Notes: a model not told the origin generated them from the sequence alone. 64,000 nt of DNA from Brevibacterium luteolum (GCF_013004595.1 NZ_JABEMC010000001.1:558001-622000), one strand, 5' to 3'. Counted from the first letter of the stretch, positions 27,567 through 38,470 are shown. Numbers and translations: made by a program.

Positions 27567-28928
27567 ATGACCCGAGATACCAGCTCCCGCCCGCCGCGCG
27601 AGGCCCGTGCCGCGCTGACCGGCGGAGTGGTCGGCAACTACGTCGATCAGCTGCACATCTTCCTGCCGCTGACCGCCCTCGCTCCAGCCCTGCCGCACCT
27701 GGTCGGCAGCGAGGCGATCGCAGGGGCTGCGACGCTCACGATCGTCGCCACGCTGCTCGGCCGGCCCTTCGGCGCGGTCGTCTTCGGCCGGCTGGCCGAC
27801 CGGTTCGGCCGCACCGCCATCACCCAGGTCGCCATCGCCGGCACCGCCGTCTGCACTCTGGCGATCGCCTGCCTGCCGACCCACGAGACGATCGGCATCG
27901 CTGCGATCGGGCTCGTGTTGTTGCTGCGGTTCCTCGGCGGCATGTTCCTCGCCGGCGAGTACACCTCGGCGATCCCGTTGGCGATGGAATGGTCGGCCCC
28001 GCGCCGCCGCGGCCTGTTCTCCGGGCTCATCATGGCGATGGCCCCATGGGCGCAGGCTTCGATCGCCCTGGCCACCCTCGGCCTGCTCGCCGCTCTTGGC
28101 CCCGAGGCCTATGCCGTGTTCGGCTGGCGGCTGGCGTTTGCCACCGGCGGCATCGCCTCGCTGCTCGTGCTCGCCTACTACCACCGCAACGTCGCTGATG
28201 CGAAAGCCTCCCAGCTGCTGCCGGCGGACGCCGCCGCTCCCGAGGCGGAGGAGACTCAGGCGGCTGGCTCCGGTGAGCGTCCGGCCCAGCGCGGTTCGCT
28301 GCGGGCGGTCGTGTTCGGCCGCTGGGCGCGGCCGTTCTGGGCGGTGTTCCTGCTCATGACCGGGCTGTGGCTGATGACGAATATGGTCGTCATCCGGATG
28401 GCCGCCTACCTCGGTGAGGGCGGAAGTGCCGCCCATTTGACGGCTGAGACCGTGCCGGTCGTCATGGCCGCCGCCGCGATCGCCCAGGCGCTGGTGATGT
28501 CGGTGGCCGGGCACATCTCCACGCTCGTCGGCAGGCGCCGGTTCTTCGTGCTCGCCGGCATCATCGCCGCAATCGGCGGGCCGACCCTCTACGTGCTCAT
28601 CACGCAGGCCCCGACGATCGTCGCCACCGCAGCGCTCGTGTGCCTCATCCAGGCGCTCACCGTCACCGCCTACGGGCCGATCGGCGCGCACCTCTCAGAG
28701 ATCTTCCCGGCCGAGGTCCGCTCGACCGGCTACGGCACCGCATACAGTGCCTCGATCGTGATACCGGCCCTCTTCCCATTCTGGCTGCCGGCACTGACCG
28801 CACTGCTCGGCGGGCAGACTGCTGCCGTGGTCGTGGTGCTCGTGCTCGGCGGGATCTTCGTCTCCTTCGGTGGTGTCCTGAGCACCCGGTCACAGGCCGC
28901 CGCCGAGGCTCAGCTCAGCGCCGACTGA
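27567..28928 (+). CDS. MFS transporter (metabolite:H+ symporter type)
   Basis: GRPFGAVVFGRLADRFGR, RFLGG..AGEY, GWRLAF, SEIFP.EVRSTG; about 12 hydrophobic segments. Confidence 0.92.
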   Translation: MTRDTSSRPPREARAALTGGVVGNYVDQLHIFLPLTALAPALPHLVGSEAIAGAATLTIVATLLGRPFGAVVFGRLADRFGRTAITQVAIAGTAVCTLAIACLPTHETIGIAAIGLVLLLRFLGGMFLAGEYTSAIPLAMEWSAPRRRGLFSGLIMAMAPWAQASIALATLGLLAALGPEAYAVFGWRLAFATGGIASLLVLAYYHRNVADAKASQLLPADAAAPEAEETQAAGSGERPAQRGSLRAVVFGRWARPFWAVFLLMTGLWLMTNMVVIRMAAYLGEGGSAAHLTAETVPVVMAAAAIAQALVMSVAGHISTLVGRRRFFVLAGIIAAIGGPTLYVLITQAPTIVATAALVCLIQALTVTAYGPIGAHLSEIFPAEVRSTGYGTAYSASIVIPALFPFWLPALTALLGGQTAAVVVVLVLGGIFVSFGGVLSTRSQAAAEAQLSAD

Positions 28929-29493
28929 GCGAGAGTGTGTCTTCGGCGATCTTCCGGGTGTTCTCGGCGGTTTTGATCGAGGCGACGATGAACTCCAGAA
29001 CCATGCGCCCGTAGACGAGCTGCATGAGGGCCGGAATCCAGCCGAAGAGGATCGCGAGGATGAGCGGCAGCGGGTTGAACGACGACTCACCGAAGACACT
29101 CACGCCCATGGCGAGACCGAAGATGATGCCGAAGACGACGATGGCGATCCACGTGAGCGCGCACGCGAGGATATGCAGCACGTAGATGATCCCCGCCCAC
29201 GTGATGCTGACGAAGTGATCGAACTTCACGTCGAACAGGGCTTTGAAGAAGCCGCTGGCCGACCGGCCGCTGACCGGTCTTTCGGTTTCCGGTGCGCCGC
29301 CCCAGCCGGAACCGGGCTCTATGTCGTACGGGTTTCCGCCGGTCGGCTGTCCGCCATAGGGGTGAGCGTAAGGGCTGGCGGCGCCCGGCTGAGACTGGCC
29401 GGCTGCAGGAGCATGCGGAGCCTGGTATCCGATCGGCTGCTGTGAGTCCTGGGGCTGCTGTGGGTCCCGTGGATGGGACGGAGGCTGGGTCAT
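28915..29493 (-). CDS. DUF4282-like membrane protein with Gln/Pro-rich N-terminus
   Basis: GFFKALFD.KF..FVS, two TM helices, R..LEF.VA....AENT. RBS GAGGA. Confidence 0.8.
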   Translation of the reverse strand: MTQPPSHPRDPQQPQDSQQPIGYQAPHAPAAGQSQPGAASPYAHPYGGQPTGGNPYDIEPGSGWGGAPETERPVSGRSASGFFKALFDVKFDHFVSITWAGIIYVLHILACALTWIAIVVFGIIFGLAMGVSVFGESSFNPLPLILAILFGWIPALMQLVYGRMVLEFIVASIKTAENTRKIAEDTLSLSRR

Positions 29494-29611
29494 GGTGTTC
29501 CTCTCAGTCGTTGATGCTGCTGACAGTGCTGACAGCCGGGAGAGCGCCGCGGTGATCCGGCGCTCTGCACCGTCGGTCTGTCATCGGGCATCTGCCGGTG
29601 CCAGGCTCAGC

Positions 29612-29731
29612 TCAGCGGTCGGCTGTGCTGATGACGGCCGTCGATGCTGCCTTGTCATGTAGGCTCTGCCGGCGCTTCGTGTCGATGAACAGCGACAGGC
29701 AGCACAGCAGGCCAGGTGACGTCATTGGCAT
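29612..29731 (-). pseudogene. 39-aa ORF holding the C-terminal remnant of an RDD-family protein behind an intact RBS and start
   Basis: MPMTSPGLLCCLSLFIDTKRRQSLHDKAASTAVISTADR*. RRQ.LHDK.A.T.V is the RDD C-terminal motif. RBS GAGGAGAG. Not in the supplied ORF track. Confidence 0.65.
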
Positions 29732-29847
29732 CTTCTCTCCTCAACTGTGCGATATAGGGATATGTGGAACCGCTTCCGCGGTTCCTGCCAGCCTAACGAC
29801 TCCCACACGGAATGGAACGGGCTCAGCAGAGCTTTCCGGCACACGCA

Positions 29848-29882
29848 ATCGCGGCACCGGACCTGATGTCCGATGCCGCGAT
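29848..29882 (-). terminator. Hairpin downstream of iclR
   Basis: ATCGCGGCACCGGAC-CTGAT-GTCCGATGCCGCGAT. Confidence 0.7.
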
Positions 29883-29897
29883 GTGAAGAGGAGCGGT

Positions 29898-30617
29898 TCA
29901 GGCGCGGTTGAGCGCCTCGGTCAGGGCCTTGGCTGCCTCGAGGATCGACTGTGCGTGCAGGCGGCCGGGCTGGCGGGTCAGCCGCTCGACCGGCCCAGAG
30001 ATCGACACAGCAGCCACGACTCGGTTGCTCGGTCCTCGCACAGGAGCGGAGACGGAGGCGACGCCGCGTTCGCGTTCGGCGATCGACTGGGCCCAGCCGC
30101 GGCGGCGCACACCGGAGAGCATCGTGGCGGTGAAGCGGGCACCGCGCAGTCCCGAGTGCAGGCGGTCGGGCTCCTCCCAGGCCAGCAGCACCTGTGCGGC
30201 CGAACCGGCGCGCATGCTCAGGGTCGCTCCGACCGGCACGGAGTCGCGCAGGCCCACCGGGCGCTCGGCTGCCGCCACGCACAGGCGCAGATCGCCCTGC
30301 CGGCGGAACAGCTGGGAGCTCTCACCGGTTCGGTCGCGCAGCTGGTTGAGCACCGGCCCGGCGGCTGCCAGCAGCCGGTCCTCACCGGCAGCCGACGACA
30401 GCTCGGCCAGGCGGGGGCCCAGCACGAACCGGCCCTGCAGATCGCGGCCGACGAAGCGGTGGTACTCCAGGGCCACGGCCAGACGGTGTGCCGTCGGGCG
30501 GGCGAGGCCGGTGAGCGTGACGAGCTCGGCAAGGGAAGCCGGGCCGGCTTCAAGTGCAGAAAGAACGAGGGAGGCCTTGTCGATGACCCCCACGCCGCTA
30601 CCAGTTTGAGTGCTCAT
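29898..30617 (-). CDS. IclR-family regulator (NdgR/LtbR type, divergent from leuC)
   Basis: SGVGVIDKA, GLARPTAHRLA.AL, TGESSQL, GSAAQVLLAW, RRRGWAQS..ERE.GVASVSAPV; conserved position. Confidence 0.93.
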   Translation of the reverse strand: MSTQTGSGVGVIDKASLVLSALEAGPASLAELVTLTGLARPTAHRLAVALEYHRFVGRDLQGRFVLGPRLAELSSAAGEDRLLAAAGPVLNQLRDRTGESSQLFRRQGDLRLCVAAAERPVGLRDSVPVGATLSMRAGSAAQVLLAWEEPDRLHSGLRGARFTATMLSGVRRRGWAQSIAERERGVASVSAPVRGPSNRVVAAVSISGPVERLTRQPGRLHAQSILEAAKALTEALNRA

Positions 30618-30741
30618 GTTCAACATTCTGCAATCTCAAAAATCGAGATGCAAGTTCACCATGCAAAATGGCGCATTAATGTCGGTGGCCAACCCGCACC
30701 CGTGACCTGTCTCAGGCGCGAACCGCATATAGGAGGATCCT

Positions 30742-32172
30742 GTGGGCAAGACACTGGCCGAGAAAGTCTGGGCCGATCATGTCGTCGCACGCGGCGACGA
30801 CGGCGCTCCCGACCTGCTCTATATCGACCTTCACCTCGTGCACGAGGTGACGAGCCCCCAGGCATTCGAAGGACTCCGCCTCGCCGGCCGGCCGGTGCGC
30901 CGCCCGGACCTCACGATCGCCACCGAGGACCACAACACTCCGACACTGGAGATCTTCAAGCCGATCGCCGATCCGACCTCCCGCAAGCAGATCGAGACTC
31001 TGCGCGCCAACGCCGAGGAGTTCGGCATCCGCCTGCACTCCCTCGGCGATGCCGACCAGGGCATCGTCCACGTCGTCGGCCCGCAGCTCGGACTCACCCA
31101 GCCGGGCATGACCGTCGTGTGCGGTGACTCCCACACCTCGACCCACGGCGCCTTCGGTGCGCTCGCCTTCGGCATCGGCACCTCCGAGGTCGAGCATGTG
31201 CTCGCCACCCAGACGCTGAGCCTCAAGCCGTTCAAGACGATGTCGATCACGATCGACGGTGAGCTGCCCGAAGGCTCGACGGCCAAGGACATCATCCTGG
31301 CGATCATCGCCAAGATCGGGACCGGCGGGGGACAGGGCTACGTCCTCGAATACCGCGGCGAGGCGATCCGCAAGCTGTCGATGGAAGCCCGCATGACGAT
31401 CTGCAATATGTCGATCGAGGCGGGTGCCCGCGCCGGCATGATCGCCCCGGACGAGACGACCTTCGACTACATCCACGGCCGCCCCCACGCCCCCGAGGGC
31501 GCCGACTGGGATGCCGCCGTCGAATACTGGAAGACCCTGCGGACTGATGACGACGCGGTCTTCGACGCCGAGGTGGTCCTCCAGGCCGCAGACATCGAAC
31601 CCTATGTCACATGGGGCACCAACCCCGGTCAGGGTCTGCCGCTGAGCGCCAACGTCCCGGACCCGGCCGAGATCGTCGACGAGAACGATCGCGCCGCCGC
31701 TGAGAGCGCACTGGCCTATATGGACCTGACCCCGGGCATGCCGCTGCGCGACATCGCCATCGACACCGTCTTCCTCGGCTCGTGCACCAACGGCCGCATC
31801 GAGGACCTGCGCGCAGCAGCCGACGTCATCCGCGGCCGGACCAAGCACCCGGATGTGAAGTTCATGGTCGTGCCCGGCTCGGCGAAGGTCCGCCTGCAGG
31901 CCGAGGCCGAGGGCCTCGACGAGGTGTTCACCGACTTCGGTGCTGAGTGGCGCTTCGCCGGCTGCTCGATGTGCCTGGGCATGAACCCCGACCAGCTCGC
32001 CGAGGGCGAACGCTGCGCCTCGACCTCGAACCGCAACTTCGAAGGCCGGCAGGGCAAGGGCGGGCGCACCCACCTCGTCAGCCCGCTCGTCGCCGCGGCC
32101 ACCGCGGTGCGCGGCACCCTGTCATCGCCTGCTGACCTGACCGCCGATGACCGCACTGCGGTCAGCGCCTGA
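30742..32172 (+). CDS. leuC: 3-isopropylmalate dehydratase large subunit
   Basis: [52 protein letters not shown]. Confidence 0.98.
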   Translation: MGKTLAEKVWADHVVARGDDGAPDLLYIDLHLVHEVTSPQAFEGLRLAGRPVRRPDLTIATEDHNTPTLEIFKPIADPTSRKQIETLRANAEEFGIRLHSLGDADQGIVHVVGPQLGLTQPGMTVVCGDSHTSTHGAFGALAFGIGTSEVEHVLATQTLSLKPFKTMSITIDGELPEGSTAKDIILAIIAKIGTGGGQGYVLEYRGEAIRKLSMEARMTICNMSIEAGARAGMIAPDETTFDYIHGRPHAPEGADWDAAVEYWKTLRTDDDAVFDAEVVLQAADIEPYVTWGTNPGQGLPLSANVPDPAEIVDENDRAAAESALAYMDLTPGMPLRDIAIDTVFLGSCTNGRIEDLRAAADVIRGRTKHPDVKFMVVPGSAKVRLQAEAEGLDEVFTDFGAEWRFAGCSMCLGMNPDQLAEGERCASTSNRNFEGRQGKGGRTHLVSPLVAAATAVRGTLSSPADLTADDRTAVSA

Positions 32173-32182
32173 GGGAGGAACC

Positions 32183-32782
32183 ATGGAGAAGTTCACCACG
32201 CACACCGGCACCGGCGTGCCGCTGCGCCGCTCGAACGTCGATACTGACCAGATCATCCCGGCCGTCTACCTCAAGCGCATCACCCGCACCGGCTTCGACG
32301 ATGCCCTCTTCGCCCGCTGGCGCAAGGACCCGGACTTCGTGCTGAGCCAGGAGGCCTACGCCGGCGGCTCGGTGCTCGTCGCCGGCCCCGACTTCGGCAC
32401 CGGCTCGTCACGTGAGCACGCCGTGTGGGCGCTCAAGGACTACGGCTTCAAAGCCGTGCTCTCCAGCCGCTTCGGCGACATCTTCCGCGGCAACGCCGGC
32501 AAGGAGGGCCTCGTGGCCGCCAAGCTCGAGCAGTCCGACATCGAGCTCATCTGGAAGATCCTCGACAACCAGCCCGGCACCGAGATCACCGTCGACCTCG
32601 AAAGCCGCACCGTGACCTGCGATTCGCTCACCGTGCCCTTCGAGATCGACGACTACACCCGCTGGCGGATCCTCGAAGGCCTCGACGACATCAGCCTGAC
32701 TCTCGGGCGCGCAGACGACATCGAGTCCTATGAGGCCTCCCGTCCGAGCTTCAAGCCGCAGACGCTGCCGGCGAAGGTCTGA
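32183..32782 (+). CDS. leuD: 3-isopropylmalate dehydratase small subunit
   Basis: [35 protein letters not shown]. Confidence 0.98.
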   Translation: MEKFTTHTGTGVPLRRSNVDTDQIIPAVYLKRITRTGFDDALFARWRKDPDFVLSQEAYAGGSVLVAGPDFGTGSSREHAVWALKDYGFKAVLSSRFGDIFRGNAGKEGLVAAKLEQSDIELIWKILDNQPGTEITVDLESRTVTCDSLTVPFEIDDYTRWRILEGLDDISLTLGRADDIESYEASRPSFKPQTLPAKV

Positions 32783-32960
32783 GGCAGCGCGCTGACCCTG
32801 AGCGCGTACTTCCTTTCTGACAGTGTGGTGACAGGCTGACCGGCCGACGATTCGCTAGGCTGGTCACGCACGCTATGCCGCCGAGCCACCGCCTCGGCGC
32901 CGGCTCCCAAGCCGAACCGAACCCTGCGTGCGCACGGCCGGAACACGGCGAAGGAGGACA

Positions 32961-34280
32961 ATGCTCGAGGTCGACGGCGGCACACCGCTGAGCGGCACCG
33001 TCCGCGTCCGAGGTGCGAAGAACCTCGTGTCGAAGGCGATGGTCGCATCACTGCTGGGATCCAGCCCGTCTGTGCTGCGCGGGGTCCCGCGCATCCGCGA
33101 CGTCGAGGTCGTCACCGGCCTGCTCGAAGTCCACGGCGTGCGCGTCGAATCCCAGCCCGACGGCGACTCGCCCGACGGCCAGCTCGTCATGGACCCCTCG
33201 AACGTCGAACAGGGCTCCATCGTCGACATCGACGCCCACGCTGGCGCCTCGCGCATCCCGATCCTCTTCTGCGGACCGCTGCTGCACCGCCTCGGCAAAG
33301 CCTTCATCCCCGACCTCGGCGGCTGCCGCATCGGCGATCGGCCGATCGACTTCCACCTCGACGTGCTGCGCCAGTTCGGGGCCACCGTCGACAAGACCCC
33401 CGGCGGCATCCAGCTCGAAGCCCGCCAGCGGCTGCAGGGCACCCAAGTCGAGCTGCCCTACCCCTCGGTCGGAGCGACCGAGCAGGTGCTGCTCACCGCC
33501 GTCACAGCAGAAGGCGTCACCGAGTTGAAGAACGCCGCGATCGAACCCGAGATCATGGACCTGGTCGCGATTCTGCAGAAGATGGGCGCGATCATCTCCG
33601 TCGACACCGACCGCTGCTTCCGCATCCTCGGCGTCGACGAGCTCACCGGCTACACCCACCGGGCGCTGCCTGACCGCATCGAGGCCGCCTCGTGGGCGTC
33701 TGCGGCCTTGGCTACCGGCGGTGAGGTGTTCGTCGAAGGCGCCCACCAGCCGGACATGATCACTTTCCTCAACGTCTTCCGCCAGATCGGCGGCACCTTC
33801 GACGTCACCGAGACCGGCATCCGGTTCTCCCACCCGGGAGGCGATCTGTCCTCCCTGCCGCTGGAGACCGACGTGCACCCGGGCTTCATGACCGACTGGC
33901 AGCAGCCGCTCGTCGTCGCCCTGACGCAGGCGACCGGACTGTCGATCATCCATGAGACTGTGTACGAGAACCGCTTCGGCTTCACCGACGCGATCAACCG
34001 GATGGGCGGGACGATCCAGCTCTACCGCGAATGCCTCGGCGGGACCCCGTGCCGGTTCGGGCGCAAGAACTTCAAGCACTCGGCCGTCATCTCCGGGCCC
34101 ACGAAGCTGCGGGGTGCCGACATCGAGGTCCCCGATCTGCGCGGCGGGTTCTCCCACCTCATCGCCGCCCTCGCCGCCGAAGGCACCTCCCGGGTCTCGG
34201 GCATCGGCATCATCAACCGCGGCTACGAGGACTTCCTCGACAAGCTCGCCGCCCTCGGCGCGAAGGTGCAGATGGCATGA
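32961..34280 (+). CDS. murA: UDP-N-acetylglucosamine 1-carboxyvinyltransferase
   Basis: GAKN, LGGCRIGDRPIDFH, PSVGATE, NAAIEPEI, PDRIEA, PGFMTD.Q, ETVYENRF, DLRGG, RGYE. Confidence 0.96.
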   Translation: MLEVDGGTPLSGTVRVRGAKNLVSKAMVASLLGSSPSVLRGVPRIRDVEVVTGLLEVHGVRVESQPDGDSPDGQLVMDPSNVEQGSIVDIDAHAGASRIPILFCGPLLHRLGKAFIPDLGGCRIGDRPIDFHLDVLRQFGATVDKTPGGIQLEARQRLQGTQVELPYPSVGATEQVLLTAVTAEGVTELKNAAIEPEIMDLVAILQKMGAIISVDTDRCFRILGVDELTGYTHRALPDRIEAASWASAALATGGEVFVEGAHQPDMITFLNVFRQIGGTFDVTETGIRFSHPGGDLSSLPLETDVHPGFMTDWQQPLVVALTQATGLSIIHETVYENRFGFTDAINRMGGTIQLYRECLGGTPCRFGRKNFKHSAVISGPTKLRGADIEVPDLRGGFSHLIAALAAEGTSRVSGIGIINRGYEDFLDKLAALGAKVQMA

Positions 34281-35128
34281 AGCACAACGATAGCCACGCC
34301 CACCCCGATGACGTGCCGGCCGAAGCCCTGCACGCCACCCCTGAGGGCACCGTCGACGTCACCGGCACCCCGCCGAAGTACCACGTCGACTTCGATGAGA
34401 AGAGCCTGAAGAAGCAGAAGTTCACCGCCAGCTTCGTCGCCCCGACCGCCGGGGCGCTGTTCCGCCTCTTCGGCCGCTACCAGGTGCTCGGCGAAGAGCA
34501 CATCCCGCCCTCAGGCCAGCCGGCGATCTTCGTCGCCTACCACGCCAGCTACCTCGACCCGATCCTCATCGGGCTGACCCTGTGGTACCGCGGCCGGCTG
34601 CCGCACTACCTGGCCAAGTCGCCGCTGTTCACCGGCGTGCTCGGCGCCGGTCTCAAGGCGATCGGCCAGATCCCGGTGCTGCGCGACTCCGTGCACGCCG
34701 GCGGCAGCCTCGTCTACGCCAAGGCCGCCCTCGAAGGCGGGCAATCGATCGTCATCTACCCGCAGGGCACCCTGACGAAGGACCCCGACCTGTGGCCGCA
34801 GGCCTCGAAGTCCGGTGCCGCCCGCCTGGCCCTGTCGACCGGCGCCCCGCTCATCCCGATCGCCCACTGGGGCCTGGACAAGTCGATGCCGGTCGGCGCG
34901 AAGATCCCCAAGCCGCGCCCTCAGGACACGCTGCGCATCGCCTTCGGCCCGGCGATCGACTACAGCGACCTCGACGGGCTGACCACCGCCAATGCCCGCA
35001 CCCTGACCAACCGCGTCACCAGCCACATCGCAGCCGAGCTCGCCGCGCTGCGCGGAGAAGAGATGCCTGAGCGCTTCCGCGCCGACTACCGCCCGGCTGC
35101 TGGGCACACAGAAGGAGACACCGCATGA
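34277..35128 (+). CDS. plsC: Lysophospholipid acyltransferase (PlsC family)
   Basis: HASYLD, LAKS.LF, IYPQGT, GAARLAL.TGAP.IP. Confidence 0.88.
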   Translation: MKHNDSHAHPDDVPAEALHATPEGTVDVTGTPPKYHVDFDEKSLKKQKFTASFVAPTAGALFRLFGRYQVLGEEHIPPSGQPAIFVAYHASYLDPILIGLTLWYRGRLPHYLAKSPLFTGVLGAGLKAIGQIPVLRDSVHAGGSLVYAKAALEGGQSIVIYPQGTLTKDPDLWPQASKSGAARLALSTGAPLIPIAHWGLDKSMPVGAKIPKPRPQDTLRIAFGPAIDYSDLDGLTTANARTLTNRVTSHIAAELAALRGEEMPERFRADYRPAAGHTEGDTA

Positions 35129-36165
35129 CGATCGCCGTACTCGGAGCCGGATCCTGGGGGACGACGTTCGCCAAGGTCATCGCCGACGCCGGCCACGACG
35201 TGCTGCTGTGGGCCCGCCGCGCCGAAGCCGCAGACGAGATCAACACCTCCCACACCAACAGCCGCTACCTGCCCGGCATCGAGCTGCCGGCAGCGATCTG
35301 CGCGAGCTCCGATATCGCTGACGTGCTCGCCGCCGCCGAGGTGGTGGTCCTGGCGGTGCCCGCGCAGTCCCTGCGGGAGAACCTCACCGAATGGGCCCCG
35401 CTGCTGCGCGAGGACGCGGTGCTCGTCAGCCTCATGAAGGGCATCGAGGTCACCACCGGCAAGCGGATGAGCGAAGTCATCGCCGAGGTCACCGGTGCCG
35501 GTCCCGAGCGCATCGCGATCGTCTCCGGGCCCAACCTGGCTAAAGAGATCGCCGTCGGCCAGCCGACCGCCACCGTCATCGCGTGCGCCGATGAGGCTGT
35601 CGCCGACCGCATCGCCGAACTGACCGCCAACGCCTACTTCCGCCCCTACACCAACGACGACGTCGTCGGCGTCGAACTCGGCGGAGCGATCAAGAACGTC
35701 ATCGCCTTAGCCGTCGGCATCACCGACGGGCAGGGGATGGGCGACAACTCGAAGGCCTCGATCATCACCCGCGGCCTGGCCGAGACCACCCGGCTGGCCC
35801 TGGCGATGGGCGCTGATGCCCACACTCTGGCTGGTCTCGCCGGCCTCGGCGACCTCGTCGCCACATGTGCCTCACCGCTGTCGCGCAACCGGTCCTTCGG
35901 CCGGCTGCTCGGCGAGGGCCTGACCCTGGAAGAAGCCACCACCCGCACCGCCCAGACCGCCGAGGGCGTCAAGAGTGCTGCCGCCGTTCTCGAACTCGGC
36001 CGCTCCCACGGCGTCGAACTGCCGATCACCCAGGGTGTGACCGCCGTGCTCACCGGCCGGCTGCATGTTGACGAACTGGGCGGTTTGCTGTTGTCTCGAA
36101 AGCGTAAGACCGAAAGCCCGATGAAGTACGACCAGACCCCGGGCCAGAGCCCGGCCGGCGGCTGA
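35125..36165 (+). CDS. gpsA: NAD(P)H-dependent glycerol-3-phosphate dehydrogenase
   Basis: GAGSWGT, KGIE, SGPNLA.E, GGAIKNVIA, GLGDLVATC.S..SRN. Confidence 0.97.
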   Translation: MTIAVLGAGSWGTTFAKVIADAGHDVLLWARRAEAADEINTSHTNSRYLPGIELPAAICASSDIADVLAAAEVVVLAVPAQSLRENLTEWAPLLREDAVLVSLMKGIEVTTGKRMSEVIAEVTGAGPERIAIVSGPNLAKEIAVGQPTATVIACADEAVADRIAELTANAYFRPYTNDDVVGVELGGAIKNVIALAVGITDGQGMGDNSKASIITRGLAETTRLALAMGADAHTLAGLAGLGDLVATCASPLSRNRSFGRLLGEGLTLEEATTRTAQTAEGVKSAAAVLELGRSHGVELPITQGVTAVLTGRLHVDELGGLLLSRKRKTESPMKYDQTPGQSPAGG

Positions 36166-36211
36166 GAGCCCTCAGCCGCCACCCGTCACCGCCACCGGCT
36201 CAGGAGGAAAC

Positions 36212-36751
36212 ATGATCGAGCACCAGAACTCACCCTTCGCCAAGCTCAACGAGGTCCCGCGCTTCGAGGTCACCAGCACCGACATCACCGAAGGAGCCGA
36301 ACTCGACGCCGCCCAGCGCTCCGGTGCGATGGGCATCGACGGCGGCAAGGACATCTCCCCGCAGCTGTCCTGGTCTGGCTTCCCGGCCGAGACGAAGGCC
36401 TTCGCCGTCACCTGCTTCGACCCCGACGCCCCGACCGGCTCCGGCTTCTGGCACTGGGTGCTCACCGACCTGCCCGCCGATGTCACCGAGCTGCCGGCAG
36501 ACGCCGGCAACCCGGACGCAGGCCTACTGCCCGAGGGCGCTGTCATGATGCGCAACGACGCCGGTGAGCCGCGCTTCGTCGGCGCTGCCCCGCCGGAAGG
36601 CCACGGGCCGCACCGCTACTTCTTCATCGTCCACGCCCTGTCCGAACCGCTGGAGCTCGACGCCTCGGCCAGCCCGGCCTTCGTCGGCTTCAACATGTTC
36701 TTCAAGTCGATCGGCCGCGGCTGGATCGAGACCACCTTCGAAGTCAAGTGA
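36212..36751 (+). CDS. YbhB/YbcL Raf kinase inhibitor-like (PEBP) protein
   Basis: SPQLSWSG, DPDAPTGSGFWHW, GAAPP.GHG.HRY.F.VHAL. Confidence 0.93.
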   Translation: MIEHQNSPFAKLNEVPRFEVTSTDITEGAELDAAQRSGAMGIDGGKDISPQLSWSGFPAETKAFAVTCFDPDAPTGSGFWHWVLTDLPADVTELPADAGNPDAGLLPEGAVMMRNDAGEPRFVGAAPPEGHGPHRYFFIVHALSEPLELDASASPAFVGFNMFFKSIGRGWIETTFEVK

Positions 36752-36778
36752 CCAACCCCGCTAGGAACAACTGATCCC

Positions 36779-37933
36779 ATGACACCAGCCTCCTCGTCCT
36801 CCACTGCCGGCGACACCCGTCCTGTCGTCGCCGTCCTGTTCGGCGGCCGCTCTTCAGAGCACGCCGTGTCGTGTGTCTCGGCAGCCAATGTGCTCGCCGC
36901 GATCGACCGGGACGCCTACCGGGTCATCCCGATCGGCATCACCCGGCAGGGCACGTGGCGGATCGTCGAGGACTGGGAGAAGTTCACCTTCGACCCCGAG
37001 GCGATGCCCGAGGTGACCGATAACGGCACCTCGGTCATCCCCTCGATCTCCGAACACCGCGAACCGCTGCTGCACCGGGAAGCCGACGGCACCCTGAGCG
37101 AGCTCGACGTCGTCGACGTCTACTTCCCGGTGCTGCACGGCCGCTACGGTGAGGACGGCACCATCCAGGGGATCTTCGAACTGTCGAACACCCCGTTCGT
37201 CGGCGCCGGCGTGCTCGCTTCGGCGGTGAGCATGGACAAGCACTTCATGAAGGCCGTCATGGCCAACTCCGGGATCCCGGCCTGCCCGTTCGTCCTCATC
37301 ACCGAGGTGAAGTACGAACACGCCCCGGAGGTCATGACCGAACGCGTCGAGAAGCTCGGCTTCCCGGCCTTCGTCAAGCCCTGCCGCGCCGGCTCCTCGA
37401 TCGGAGTGTCGAAGATCAACAGTGTCTCCGAACTCGATGTAGCGCTCAAAGAGGCTTTCGAGCACGACAACAAGGTCATCGTCGAGCCGCTCGTCGACGG
37501 GCGTGAGATCGAATGCTCCGTCCTCGGCTCCGTCTACGACCGCCGGGCGCGGACCTCGGTGCCCTCGGAGATCGTCGTCGGCGGCGACCATGAGTTCTAC
37601 GACTTCGAGGCCAAGTACCTCGACCTCGACTCGGTCAAGCTCATCTGCCCGGCCGATGTCGATGCCGACACCACGGCGAAGATCCAGGATCTCGCCGCCC
37701 GCACCTTCAAAGCCTTCGAATGCACCGGCCTGGCCCGCGTCGACACCTTCGTCACCGCTGACGGCGAGGTGCTCATCAACGAGCTCAATACGCTGCCCGG
37801 CTTCACCCCGAGCTCGGCGTATCCGCAGATGTGGGCGGCTTCGGGGCTGGAGTACAGCGAGCTCATCTCCGAGCTCATCAGCATCGCGATGAGCGATCAT
37901 GCCCGCCAGGCGGCCAACCAGCCCACGAGCTGA
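36779..37933 (+). CDS. ddl: D-alanine--D-alanine ligase
   Basis: FGGRSSEH.VS, PVLHG.YGEDG, MDK, GSSIGVSK, FYDFEAKY, NELNTLPGFT..S.YP. Confidence 0.97.
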   Translation: MTPASSSSTAGDTRPVVAVLFGGRSSEHAVSCVSAANVLAAIDRDAYRVIPIGITRQGTWRIVEDWEKFTFDPEAMPEVTDNGTSVIPSISEHREPLLHREADGTLSELDVVDVYFPVLHGRYGEDGTIQGIFELSNTPFVGAGVLASAVSMDKHFMKAVMANSGIPACPFVLITEVKYEHAPEVMTERVEKLGFPAFVKPCRAGSSIGVSKINSVSELDVALKEAFEHDNKVIVEPLVDGREIECSVLGSVYDRRARTSVPSEIVVGGDHEFYDFEAKYLDLDSVKLICPADVDADTTAKIQDLAARTFKAFECTGLARVDTFVTADGEVLINELNTLPGFTPSSAYPQMWAASGLEYSELISELISIAMSDHARQAANQPTS

Positions 37934-37939
37934 GCTGGG

Positions 37940-38470
37940 CTACGGCGCCGCCGTCTCCTCATCAGCCGGTTGCTCAGCACCGGGAGTCTCGACCGGCAGG
38001 CCGTCCTCATCGAGATCCTCGGCAGCCACACAGGAGCGCGTCTGCTCAATCGTCGACACCGACGGGGAGATCTCCGAGAGCACCGTGGCACCGGCGATCT
38101 TGTCCGAAGCGACGAGCACCTCGACAGCCGGTTCACGGCCATAGGAGACGAATCGCCACGACGTGCCGGTCTCCTCAGTCGAGACCCAGTCGACGCCGTT
38201 GACGCTCACACATCGGTCAGTCGAGGGCCCCGGCGGCTCGACGCCGCAGCGCAGCACCGCCACCGACGGGTCGCCCCACGCATCGGTGCCCTGCGAGGTC
38301 GTCTTGCGCGAGTCATGCCCGTCGATTTCATCGGGCATTCGCAGCATGACCGCCGCGCACTCTGGATTGTGGGCGTCGGCAGCAGGCTCAACGGACACGG
38401 CGGCAGCGCAGCCGCTGAGACCCAGACCGACAACGGCACAGGCGGCAACGGCAGAGGGGAGGCGGTTCAT
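37940..38470 (-). CDS. DUF3515-family lipoprotein
   Basis: Lipobox LSGC; AWGDP...LRCGV..PGP, C..VNGVDW, YGR.PAVEV; conserved position between ddl and thiL. Confidence 0.85.
   Translation of the reverse strand: MNRLPSAVAACAVVGLGLSGCAAAVSVEPAADAHNPECAAVMLRMPDEIDGHDSRKTTSQGTDAWGDPSVAVLRCGVEPPGPSTDRCVSVNGVDWVSTEETGTSWRFVSYGREPAVEVLVASDKIAGATVLSEISPSVSTIEQTRSCVAAEDLDEDGLPVETPGAEQPADEETAAP

Noticed and set aside
27324..29500. tRNA-integrated prophage or ICE
   Set aside because: No integrase and no duplicated tRNA 3' end seen; the flanking genes have host-like composition.
33300..33360. Fosfomycin-resistant MurA
   Set aside because: The active-site Cys is retained (GGCRIG), not the Asp variant.
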